Origin: Roseiflexus castenholzii DSM 13941
Lineage (GTDB): Bacteria > Chloroflexota > Chloroflexia > Chloroflexales > Roseiflexaceae
Assembly: GCF_000017805.1 (NCBI RefSeq)
Contig: NC_009767.1
Location: forward strand, 2,702,880-2,734,879
DNA: 32,000 nt
Direction: 5' to 3'
The position numbers and the translations under genes are program-made. Positions 1 through 7,809 of this stretch are shown here, piece by piece; the first letter of the stretch is position 1, and each line of letters opens with the position of its first letter. The notes below the pieces were generated by a model, which was given only the letters and a program-made list of their open reading frames with translations, was not told the origin of the DNA and did no database searches.

Positions 1-1170
1 GCGACGCTGCGCCAGAAGGATACGGTGGTCAAGACGATGACCAGCGGCGTTTCTTTCCTGATGAAGAAAAATAAGGTCGATGTGATCAATGGCTTTGCCC
101 GTCTCGCCGGGCGCGGGCAGGTCGCCATCAGCACGCCTGAGGGTCAGCATCGCACGGTGACGGCAAAGAATATCATCGTCGCCGTGGGCGCGCGTCCCCG
201 TGAGATCCCGGCAATCGGCGCGGTGTTCGACAATGACCGGATTCTCTCCTCAACCGGTGGGCTGAGTATTCCCAGCGTTCCAAAGTCGCTCCTGGTCGTC
301 GGCGCAGGTGCGATTGGCGTTGAGTTCGCGTCGATGTACCGCTCGTTCGGCGCAGAGGTGACGCTGGTCGAAATGCTGCCGCGCGTCGTGCCGCTCGAAG
401 ATGAGGAGGTCAGCGCCGAACTCGCGCGCGCGCTCAACCGCCGTGGCATTAAAGTCTTCGCCGGTTCAAAACTCAATCATCTCGAAAAGATTGATGGCGG
501 CGTGATTGCGCGCCTGGTCGATGCGCAGGGCGCCGAGCACGCGCTGACCTTCGAGCGCGCACTGGTGGGGGTCGGTATTGTGCCCAATACCGGCGACATC
601 GGGCTGGAAGAGGTGGGCGTCGCTCTGGATCAGCGCGGGTTCATTAAGGTGGATGATTATATGCGCACGAATGTCGAAGGAATCTATGCCATCGGCGATT
701 GCGCTGTTACGACCCCGTGGCTGGCGCACAAGGCATCCGCCGAGGGCATCATCGCTGCTGAAACGATCGCCGGGCATCATACGCAGCCGCTCGACTACGG
801 TAAGATTCCGTCATGCACCTACTGCAACCCGGAGATCGCCAGCGTTGGGTTGACCGAAGCGAAAGCGCGCGAACAGGGATACGACGTGAAGATCGGCAAG
901 TTTGCGTTCACCGGCAACGGCAAGGCGACGATCCTGGGTCAGCGGCAGGGGTTTGTCAAGATCGTCGCCGACAAACAGTACGATGAGGTGCTCGGCGTTC
1001 ATATGATCGGTCCGCGCGTCACCGAACTGATCGCCGAGGGCGGGTTGGCGCTGTCGCACGAAGCGACCGCCGAGTCGATCATGCGCACCGTCCACGCCCA
1101 TCCGACCCTCTACGAAGCGATTGTCGAAGCGGCGCACGCGGCGGCTGAGGGTGCAGCAATCCATATGTAG
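1..1170 (+). CDS. lpdA: dihydrolipoyl (dihydrolipoamide) dehydrogenase, E3 component; 5' end cut by window edge
   Basis: Frame 1 is open from nt 1; the listed ORF 25..1170 only begins at the first in-frame GTG. It has the NAD-binding Rossmann motif LLVVGAGAIGVEF, the FAD motif YAIGDC and the C-terminal interface signature HAHPTLYEA of class-I pyridine-nucleotide disulfide oxidoreductases. The N-terminal redox disulfide lies outside the window. Confidence 0.9.
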   Translation, partial: ATLRQKDTVVKTMTSGVSFLMKKNKVDVINGFARLAGRGQVAISTPEGQHRTVTAKNIIVAVGARPREIPAIGAVFDNDRILSSTGGLSIPSVPKSLLVVGAGAIGVEFASMYRSFGAEVTLVEMLPRVVPLEDEEVSAELARALNRRGIKVFAGSKLNHLEKIDGGVIARLVDAQGAEHALTFERALVGVGIVPNTGDIGLEEVGVALDQRGFIKVDDYMRTNVEGIYAIGDCAVTTPWLAHKASAEGIIAAETIAGHHTQPLDYGKIPSCTYCNPEIASVGLTEAKAREQGYDVKIGKFAFTGNGKATILGQRQGFVKIVADKQYDEVLGVHMIGPRVTELIAEGGLALSHEATAESIMRTVHAHPTLYEAIVEAAHAAAEGAAIHM

Positions 1171-1188
1171 GGCGAGGGGAGATGCGGT

Positions 1189-1554
1189 ATGCCGATCATG
1201 ATCAACCTGACATCCGCCGAACACGGTGGCACGTCACGCTCATGCGGCACGCACAGCGATTGTGGCATTGATTGTGATTGCGGGTGCCCGTACACCGGCA
1301 TGGAAGAAAAGGGCAGAGTCGAGTTAATCGCCGATGTTGAGCGCCGCTATCCGAACGAATGGCTGGTCTTCGTCATTCCTCCCAGCGAAGACGACTTCGC
1401 CCCCGAACATGGGATGCTGGTGGCACACAGCACCGATGATGCCGAGGTGTTCGAGGCGATCACCCGCATCACGCATAACCAGGTGGTGCATGTATATTTC
1501 AACGGAACGATGGAATCGTACCAGCAATGGATGGATACAGAGATGGCGTCGTAG
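1189..1554 (+). CDS. hypothetical small protein with Cys-rich N-terminus (CGTHSDCGIDCDCGC); C-terminal half resembles DUF5678-type small proteins
   Basis: ATG at 1189 is preceded by GGGGAG about 7 nt upstream. Third codon positions are GC-biased like neighbouring genes. The TAG stop (1552-1554) abuts the first hairpin of the repeat array. The family assignment is from memory of the EW-V-h...hhahs motif pattern only. Confidence 0.5.
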   Translation: MPIMINLTSAEHGGTSRSCGTHSDCGIDCDCGCPYTGMEEKGRVELIADVERRYPNEWLVFVIPPSEDDFAPEHGMLVAHSTDDAEVFEAITRITHNQVVHVYFNGTMESYQQWMDTEMAS

Positions 1555-2513
1555 GGGCGCGCCTCAGGCGCGCCCGGCGGGATGGCGGGATCGCACCCGG
1601 CGGGATGGCGGGATCGCACCCGGCGGGATGGCGGGATCGCACCCGGCGGGATGGCGGGATCGCACCCGGCGGGATGGCGGGATCATACCCGGCGGCGCGC
1701 CCAATGGCGTAATGGCGTAGGGGCGCGCCTCAGGCGCGCCCGGCGGGATGGCGGGATCGCGCCCGGCGGGATGGTGGGATCGCGCCCGGCGGGATGGCGG
1801 GATCATACCCGGCGGCGCGCCCAATGGCGTAATGGCGTAGGGGCGCGCCTCAGGCGCGCCCGGCGGGATGGCGGGATCGCGCCCGGCGGGATGGCGGGAT
1901 CGCGCCCGGCGGGATGGCGGGATCACACCCGGCGGCGCGCCCAATGGCGTAATGGCGTAGGGGCGCGCCTCAGGCGCGCCCGGCGGGATGGCGGGATCAT
2001 ACCCGGCGGCGCGCCCGACGGGATGGCGGGATCGCACCCGACGGGATGGCGGGATCACACCCGGCGGCGCGCCCAATGGCGTAATGGCGTAGGGGCGCGC
2101 CTCAGGCGCGCCCGGCGGGATGGCGGGATCGCGCCCGACGGGATGGCGGGATCGCGCCCGGCGGGATGGCGGGATCACACCCGGCGGCGCGCCCGGCGGG
2201 ATGGCGGGATCACGCCCGGCGGCGCGCCCAACGGGATGGCGGGATCACGCCCGGCGGCGCGCCCAACGGGATGGCGGGATCACGTCCGGCGGCGCGCCCG
2301 ATGGGATGGCGGGGTCACGCCCGGCGGCGCGCCCGATGGGATGGCGGGGTCACGCCCGGCGGCGCGCCCGATGGGATGGCGGGATCACGCCCGGCGGCGC
2401 GCCCGGCGGGATGGCGGGATCGCGCCCGGCGGGATGGCGGGATCGCGCCCGACGGGATGGCGGGATCACACCCGGCGGCGCGCCCGGCGGGATGGCGGGA
2501 TCGCGCCCGGCGT
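1555..2513. repeat. Large G-rich tandem repeat array (23-bp and 35-bp units, nested in 120-166-bp higher-order units that each carry a 21-nt GC palindrome)
   Basis: The basic unit is CCCGGCGGGATGGCGGGATCGCA at 23-bp period (e.g. 1573, 1596, 1619). The 35-bp variant with inserted GGCGCGCCC runs about 2190-2400. There are roughly 25-30 units in total. Five copies of GGGCGCGCCT-C-AGGCGCGCCC lie at 1555, 1721, 1841, 1961 and 2093. Blocks 1717-1836 and 1837-1956 are nearly identical. The array fills the whole gap between the stop of 1189..1554 (+) and the stop of the SDR gene (2514, -). Confidence 0.95.
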
Positions 2514-3149
2514 TCACAAATCCAGATTCCCCCTGTGCCCTTCAGTGTGCGCGCGCAGCACGGCAGCGGCGACATCGGCGGGTGTGTGCGCACCCTTCGG
2601 CAGACGGAACGGCGCCTTGCGCCACAGCGGCGTGTCCACCGCGCCAACCCGCACATTGGTGATGCGCCGGTCGCGCACCTCTTTCCCAAGCACCGTCACA
2701 TAGGCGTCGAGAGCCGCCTTGGAAGCGGCATATGCCCCTAGTTTCGGCAACATAATCCGATCGACATACGCACCGATAAACACCAGATGCCCGCCCGCCG
2801 GAACCAAAGCCAGCGAGTGAGTCACCGCCAGATGCGCGCCGGTGACGTTTGCACTCAGGATGCGATCCCATTCGGCGGGAGTCGTGTCTGCCAGCGGCTT
2901 GCCGAGCATATCGCCGGCTGCGTAGACCCAGAGATGCACCACGCCATCCGACTGTTGTGCTGCCCACAGCGCCGCTGCCGCCATATCCGCGTCGCGCGCC
3001 AGGTCGGCGCTGTAGACTTCGGCTGCTGTGCCGCTCAACGCCGTTGCATCGCGCGCAATGCCCAGCACGCGCCAACCATTCTTGCTCAGAATCTCAATTA
3101 GCGCGCGACCGATCCCGCCGGCCGCGCCCCAGATCAGTGCGGTTTGCAT
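2514..3149 (-). CDS. short-chain dehydrogenase/reductase (SDR) family oxidoreductase
   Basis: Start is re-set to the ATG at 3149 (MQTALIWGAAGGIGRAL), preceded by GGAGGA. It has the glycine-rich cofactor motif GAAGGIG and the catalytic YAASKAAL (YxxxK). The longer listed ORF to 3242 has no SD and a non-SDR N-terminal extension. Confidence 0.85.
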   Translation of the reverse strand: MQTALIWGAAGGIGRALIEILSKNGWRVLGIARDATALSGTAAEVYSADLARDADMAAAALWAAQQSDGVVHLWVYAAGDMLGKPLADTTPAEWDRILSANVTGAHLAVTHSLALVPAGGHLVFIGAYVDRIMLPKLGAYAASKAALDAYVTVLGKEVRDRRITNVRVGAVDTPLWRKAPFRLPKGAHTPADVAAAVLRAHTEGHRGNLDL

Positions 3150-3339
3150 AGGTTTCCTCCGTGTCCTCTGCTGTGTGTACGTTGCCATCAAGGACATGGA
3201 TGGAGGTCGAGTCACGCAGTTCCCGGTTTCGCTCAGGAACATAGTGCGCGCGCGCGGATCGTGACGGATGCGTGCGGAAAGGACTCAGGAGTGGTCAGTT
3301 TTCGGTTCTCAGTTCCTGGTTCTCGGTTCACAGTTCTCC

Positions 3340-5760
3340 TCACTGCGCTTCCTTCTCATTACCCTTCCCTCCTTCGCGCAGACGTTCCGCAAAGGCGCGC
3401 AGCCGCGTCATCACCCGGCCATTGACGCTGTCCGGCGGGTATTCGCCATCTGCGCCGCGTTCGCCGGCCGGCACGCCGGTCAGCAGGGCAATGCCTTCAT
3501 CGACGGTGGCTGCTGTCCAGATGTGGAACCGTCCCTCACGCACTGCTTCCACCACGTCGCTGCGCAGCATCAGATTCTGCACATTCGCTCGAGGAATGAG
3601 CACCCCCTGTTCACCCGTTAGACCGCGTAACCGGCAGATATCGAAAAACCCTTCGATTTTCTGGTTGACCCCACCGACCGCCTGGATCTCACCACGCTGA
3701 TTGACCGACCCGGTAACGGCGATACTCTGGCGCAACGGCAGTTCAGCAAGCGCCGAGAGCAGCGCGAACAACTCTGCTGCCGAAGCACTGTCCCCCTCAA
3801 CCCCTTCATAACTCTGCTCGAAGACCAACCGCGCTGAGAGGGTCAGCGGACGTTCCTGCCCGTACCGTTCCGCAAGGTGTCCGCTGAGAATGAGCACTCC
3901 CTTGCTGTGGATTGGTCCTCCCAGTTTTACCTCGCGTTCGATGTCGAGAATGGCGCCGCGCCCTGGTCCGACGCTGACGCTGATACGGCTTGGTCTGCCA
4001 AACATATAATCCCCCAGGCTCAGCACCGACAACCCATTGATCTGACCGATCTTTGCGCCTTCTGTATCGATCAGGATAATCCCGCGGTCGATCAATTCCT
4101 GGATGCGCGCCTGGATCATGTTCGAGCGATAGACCTTTTCATCGAGCGCGCGAAGCACATGCCGCCCCAGAATAGCATTGCACTGCTCCTGGATTGCCCA
4201 ATAGTTCGCCTCGCGCACCACATCGGTCAGCGCGCCGAAGTGCGTCGAAAGGCGCTCCTGGTCATCGGCGAGGCGGAGCGAGTGTTCCAGCAGGCGCGCC
4301 GCTGCTTCCTCGGTGATCGGCAGGAGTTTTTCGCGCTCGCAGAAGCGTCGAAACAGATGCAACGACCCGCGCAGGTTCTCGTCATTCAGCGGCATACTGA
4401 TGTCGAAATCGGCTTTAACCTTGAAAAGGGTCGAAAACTCATCGTCGTAAGCGGCAAGGAGATAGTATGGCGGCGGCGGTCCGACGAGCACAACCTTGAG
4501 TTCAAGCGGGATTGGTTGCGGACGGAGACTCTTGACGGTTGTCAGCCCCAGGCGGTCAGCCAGTTCTTCGATCTGAATGTCGCGCGTGCGTAGAGCGCGT
4601 TTAAGCCCGTCCCAACTGAAATAATCGCGGAGCAGGTCTTCGGCTTCAATGACGAGGAACCCGCCATTGGCGCGGTGCAGGCTGCCGGGCTTGATCATCA
4701 GGAAGTCGGTATAGAGTGCGCCGAAGTGCGTTTCCTTCTCGATACGCCCAAACAGATTGGGATAAGTCGGATTGTACTCAACCACCACCGGCGCACCCTG
4801 CTGACGGCTGTTGTCGATCAGGACATTCACCTGGTACTTACGGAACGGCAATTCTCTGAGCCACGGGATCGACGCCAGATCGACCTGCGCTTCACCGGAA
4901 GGTTGCTGCTGTCCGCCTGAGCGAAAGGGGTCAGGATTTTCCTGGATATCTTTCTGCATCGCTTCGAGAAAGGCGACGACATCGGGCAGGTCGGCGTACT
5001 GTTCCTGAAGATCGTCGATCAGTCCGCCGACGATGTACTCGACGACCTGGCGGTCGATTTCTTCCATGCGCTGACGCGCAATCCGTTCCGCTGCGCGCAC
5101 CTGTTTCAACACGTTCTTGAGTTCTTCCTGCAACATTGCGCGATGGCGCAGCAACTCCTCGCGCTGGTCGAGGGTCATTGCCTGGAATGCCGCGTCACTG
5201 AGCGGTTCACCGTTGCGAATTGGGATGATCATGATGCCGACAGGACCGGCCTGTAGCACGAATCCCTGTTGCGCGGCGCGTTCGCTGATCTGGCTGAGCA
5301 AGGCTTCACGATGGGAATTGAGTTCGTGCAATACCTCGTCGCGCCGCATTGCATACTCATCACTCTCGAATGCGCGCGGCAGCTCGGCGCGCAGATGCGC
5401 AATCATCTGATGGACATCCTGCTGCAAGCGTCGTCCGCGTCCAGGAGGAAGGCGCAGCGCCTTCGGTTGATACGGATCATCGAAATCATTGACATAACAC
5501 CAGTCTGACGGCGTTGGACGACGCTGTGCAAGTTCTTCGATAAACGCCTGAACAGCGGTCATCTTGCCGATGCCGGGCGGGCCGGCGGCATAGATGTTGA
5601 AGCCGCCGTCCACCATATTGAGACCGAAGCGCAGTGCGGCGACCGCGCGCTGCTGACCAATGATGCCGCCGTCTCCTGGCGGCTCTTCGGTGGTAGGAAA
5701 GACCATCTGCCCAGGATCGAAGGTGCGGCGCAACTGTTCGGGAGGAAGTTCTGCGGCCAT
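3340..5760 (-). CDS. Lon-like ATP-dependent protease (AAA_32-type N-terminal module + Lon_C/S16 proteolytic domain)
   Basis: Motifs are IIGQQRAVAALRFGL, Walker A GPPGIGKMT, DWCYVNDFDDPYQPKALRLPPG (typical of AAA_32 Lon-like proteins) and the Walker-B-like GGFLVIEAEDLL. The C-terminal part EGDSASAAELFALLSAL ... GGVNQKIEGF carries the Ser-Lys dyad of LonB/LonC-type proteases. The ATG at 5760 has GAGGA upstream. Confidence 0.85.
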   Translation of the reverse strand: MAAELPPEQLRRTFDPGQMVFPTTEEPPGDGGIIGQQRAVAALRFGLNMVDGGFNIYAAGPPGIGKMTAVQAFIEELAQRRPTPSDWCYVNDFDDPYQPKALRLPPGRGRRLQQDVHQMIAHLRAELPRAFESDEYAMRRDEVLHELNSHREALLSQISERAAQQGFVLQAGPVGIMIIPIRNGEPLSDAAFQAMTLDQREELLRHRAMLQEELKNVLKQVRAAERIARQRMEEIDRQVVEYIVGGLIDDLQEQYADLPDVVAFLEAMQKDIQENPDPFRSGGQQQPSGEAQVDLASIPWLRELPFRKYQVNVLIDNSRQQGAPVVVEYNPTYPNLFGRIEKETHFGALYTDFLMIKPGSLHRANGGFLVIEAEDLLRDYFSWDGLKRALRTRDIQIEELADRLGLTTVKSLRPQPIPLELKVVLVGPPPPYYLLAAYDDEFSTLFKVKADFDISMPLNDENLRGSLHLFRRFCEREKLLPITEEAAARLLEHSLRLADDQERLSTHFGALTDVVREANYWAIQEQCNAILGRHVLRALDEKVYRSNMIQARIQELIDRGIILIDTEGAKIGQINGLSVLSLGDYMFGRPSRISVSVGPGRGAILDIEREVKLGGPIHSKGVLILSGHLAERYGQERPLTLSARLVFEQSYEGVEGDSASAAELFALLSALAELPLRQSIAVTGSVNQRGEIQAVGGVNQKIEGFFDICRLRGLTGEQGVLIPRANVQNLMLRSDVVEAVREGRFHIWTAATVDEGIALLTGVPAGERGADGEYPPDSVNGRVMTRLRAFAERLREGGKGNEKEAQ

Positions 5761-5814
5761 CGGAGCATCCTCATCTCACGTGCTGGCAGGCGCCAGCAAC
5801 CGGGAACCATTGTA

Positions 5815-6765
5815 CTACGATCCCCGGCGCTCAAGCGCGACCAGCGATAAAAACTCATAGCCGACCTGCGCTGCCAGTTGCGCCGTAATCTGTCCGTGAT
5901 CGAGGGCAGGGAGCACTTCTACCACGTCGCCGCCAACCCAATCCACGCCGGTGCAGGCGCGCAGGTATGCCAGCCCCTGGAAACTGGTCGGTCCGCCAAC
6001 TTCCGGCGTGCCGGTTCCTGGCGCATATGCGGGGTCGAAGAAATCGATGTCGAACGACAGAAATGCCGGGGAGCCGCTCACGCGCGCGCGCACCAGGTCG
6101 CCGATTTCCTGCGGTGAGCGACGGAGGAGTTCGGTGGTCGTCAGCACGGTAAACCCCATATCACGCGCCATTTGCAGGTCCTCACGCCCGTAGAGCGGAC
6201 CACGCATACCGAGCTGAACCGAGCGTTCGGGGAGGATCAATCCCTCCTCGACAGCGCGACGGAATGGCGTGCCGTGCGTATACTTTTGTCCACCATAGTA
6301 ACTATCCCACAGGTCGCCGTGCGAGTCGAATTGCACGAGCGCCAGCGGACCGTGCACCGCTGCTAGCGCGCGGAGTTCCGGCAGCGCCACGCTATGATCG
6401 CCACCCAGGCAGAGAGGCACAACCCTGGCTTCTGCCAGCGGGCGCAGCGTCGTGGTGATGGCGGCGTGACTTTCCTGGATAAAACCAGGAACAACCGGCG
6501 CATCGCCATAATCGATGCATGAGAGCGTTGTGAACACATGGACATCGAGTTCCGGGTTGTAGGGGCGCAGTAGCACCGAAGCGCTGCGAATCGCCTCTGG
6601 TCCAAAGCGTGCGCCAACCTTGAACGTCGCGCCGGTATCGAACGGCAACCCAACAACGGCAACGTCCACATCCTCGGTCGTCTGAATGCAGGGCAGGCGC
6701 GCAAAGGTGCGGACGCCGACAAAACGTGGCGAGGCAAGCGAGTCGGCAGGTTGATAGCGAGGCAT
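5815..6765 (-). CDS. speB: agmatinase / ureohydrolase (arginase) family enzyme
   Basis: Mn-binding motifs of the arginase fold are present: LGGDHSV, FDSHGDLWD, SFDIDFFDPAYAPGTGTPEVGG. The ATG at 6765 (MPRYQP) has GGAG 7 nt upstream. The ATG at 6783 is an alternative start. Substrate (agmatine versus another guanidino compound) cannot be fixed from sequence alone. Confidence 0.8.
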   Translation of the reverse strand: MPRYQPADSLASPRFVGVRTFARLPCIQTTEDVDVAVVGLPFDTGATFKVGARFGPEAIRSASVLLRPYNPELDVHVFTTLSCIDYGDAPVVPGFIQESHAAITTTLRPLAEARVVPLCLGGDHSVALPELRALAAVHGPLALVQFDSHGDLWDSYYGGQKYTHGTPFRRAVEEGLILPERSVQLGMRGPLYGREDLQMARDMGFTVLTTTELLRRSPQEIGDLVRARVSGSPAFLSFDIDFFDPAYAPGTGTPEVGGPTSFQGLAYLRACTGVDWVGGDVVEVLPALDHGQITAQLAAQVGYEFLSLVALERRGS

Positions 6766-6912
6766 CGTGTACTCCTGGAGCATAATGATCGACGTTCAGG
6801 CAGAAGAAGTATAGCGCGGTTTGAGGCGAAATTGGCGGCAGCAGGCGAGGGATTGATGAGATGCGCTGAGTTCTGTCCCATGACGCCTGAACCCTCGCAT
6901 CCCGCCGTCTTC

Positions 6913-6941
6913 TTGACAGGCGGGTGATCCATTCCGATAAT
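6913..6941 (+). promoter_or_regulatory. sigma-70-like promoter, TTGACA-17 nt-GATAAT
   Basis: TTGACA lies at 6913-6918, followed by an exactly 17-nt spacer and GATAAT at 6936-6941. This is about 70 nt upstream of the 7010 ORF, in the divergent gap with the agmatinase gene. Confidence 0.4.
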
Positions 6942-7009
6942 GGTAAGCAGTACCACCCTTCCCTGTTGATGAATGTTCATCATACTGACCGTATCGGTGG
7001 CATGCACCC

Positions 7010-7567
7010 ATGCATCTGCATCGCCAATCTTCTGGAAGCGTGCGCATTGCGTTTGCAATCGTCATCGTCGTGCCGCTCCTCTGCATGGGCGGCGCAGCGA
7101 TTGCTGTTATGGCCCCCAACAACGCGCCTGAACGAGAAATCGCCGACGCCGAGGCGCGCTGGCGGAGGCGCGGGTTTTCGCACTATGTCATGATTTTGGA
7201 AGAACTCCATTGCATGGTCGAGATTGAGGTCGCCGGCGGGCGCGTGGCGCGGGTGACGCCGCTTGAGCGCTGTACGCGCGACGGGCGCACCGTCGAAGAC
7301 CTCTTCGCCCTGGCGCGGCGCGATGGTGATACTGGCATGCGTTGCATTGCTCTTGGGTGCGCCTGCGACGACCGGTTATCGGTCGAGAGCGTCTTTCATC
7401 CCTTTTATGGATATCCGACCTCTATCTATGTGCGGATCGAGGCGCAGCCAAACTGGCGACATCCCGATGCCTGGCGTTACGCCCTCGTCCACGGTCGTCT
7501 TCCTGCCTGCAATCTGATGACGGGTGACAAACTGATCCGCGTCGTCAGTTTACGATCGCTTCCTTGA
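7010..7567 (+). CDS. hypothetical protein with N-terminal transmembrane/signal anchor and several Cys (possibly DUF6174-like)
   Basis: It has the N-terminal hydrophobic segment IAFAIVIVVPLLCMGGAAIAV, a consensus promoter upstream and neighbour-like codon bias. I can name no diagnostic catalytic motif. Confidence 0.5.
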   Translation: MHLHRQSSGSVRIAFAIVIVVPLLCMGGAAIAVMAPNNAPEREIADAEARWRRRGFSHYVMILEELHCMVEIEVAGGRVARVTPLERCTRDGRTVEDLFALARRDGDTGMRCIALGCACDDRLSVESVFHPFYGYPTSIYVRIEAQPNWRHPDAWRYALVHGRLPACNLMTGDKLIRVVSLRSLP

Positions 7568-7582
7568 ACATTATAAATGTTC
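7566..7582. promoter_or_regulatory. 17-bp perfect palindrome GAACATT-ATA-AATGTTC (candidate operator or weak stem-loop)
   Basis: It overlaps the stop codon of 7010..7567 and lies about 40 bp upstream of the -35 box of the ABC operon promoter. No T-tract follows, so it is not a classical terminator. Confidence 0.3.
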
Positions 7583-7620
7583 GTGGTGCAAGGGGCAGTG
7601 CCGACCTTCCGTTTCCCCGG

Positions 7621-7649
7621 TTGACAAATGCAAAACAAACTTGTAGAAT
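7621..7649 (+). promoter_or_regulatory. sigma-70-like promoter, TTGACA-17 nt-TAGAAT, for the family-5 ABC operon
   Basis: TTGACA lies at 7621-7626, followed by a 17-nt spacer and TAGAAT at 7644-7649. This predicts a ~150-nt leader that contains two AAGGAGGTG elements (about 7704 and 7797). Only the second precedes a usable start. Confidence 0.55.
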
Positions 7650-7809
7650 GACGCCTAACTCCAAAAACCCCCAGCAATTTATCAAACGCAGATTCCTGAC
7701 ACAAAGGAGGTGATCATCCGACTGAGTGATCGTCGCTATCGGACCACATACTACAAGCGTTGCTCAAACAGATGCCCGACACCATTCGACACGCTACAAG
7801 GAGGTGCCT

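Noticed and set aside
1555-2513. CRISPR array interpretation of the tandem repeats
   Set aside because: The units abut each other with no unique spacers. The period (23/35 bp) is too short, the structure is hierarchical like a minisatellite, and there are no cas genes in the window.
1564-2741. Long ORFs spanning the repeat array (1564..2178 minus, 1582..2703 plus, 2120..2662 plus, 2166..2741 plus, 2315..2689 minus) that encode Arg/Gly/Pro-rich repeats
   Set aside because: All frames are open simply because the repeat unit lacks stop codons. The ORFs overlap each other and the well-supported SDR gene. They have no SD or start context, and their translations are low-complexity read-outs of a 23-bp (non-multiple-of-3) period.
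3877-4593. 238-aa plus-strand ORF inside the Lon-like gene, and similar antisense ORFs within EccC (26498..27289, 28454..29083), the vWA gene (30573..31157), the sugar SBP gene (15445..16077) and the agmatinase gene (6363..7058)
   Set aside because: All lie wholly within strongly supported genes on the other strand or frame, and they lack SD sequences and any family signature.
3340-5760. Lon-like protease as a BREX BrxL-type defence component
   Set aside because: No methyltransferase, PglZ, BrxA/B/C or other defence genes are adjacent. The neighbours are metabolic (agmatinase, SDR), and the N-terminal module is AAA_32-like rather than BrxL-like as far as I can judge.
7704-7728. Upstream AAGGAGGTG element and GTG starts at 7710/7726 as the true start of the SBP gene or of a leader peptide
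   Set aside because: The GTG at 7710 overlaps the SD itself, and the GTG at 7726 is about 15 nt from it. The resulting N-terminal extension (IVAIGPHTTSVAQTDARHH...) precedes the Tat motif without function. The GTG at 7810 has an ideally spaced second AAGGAGG. A regulatory role for the first element is not excluded.
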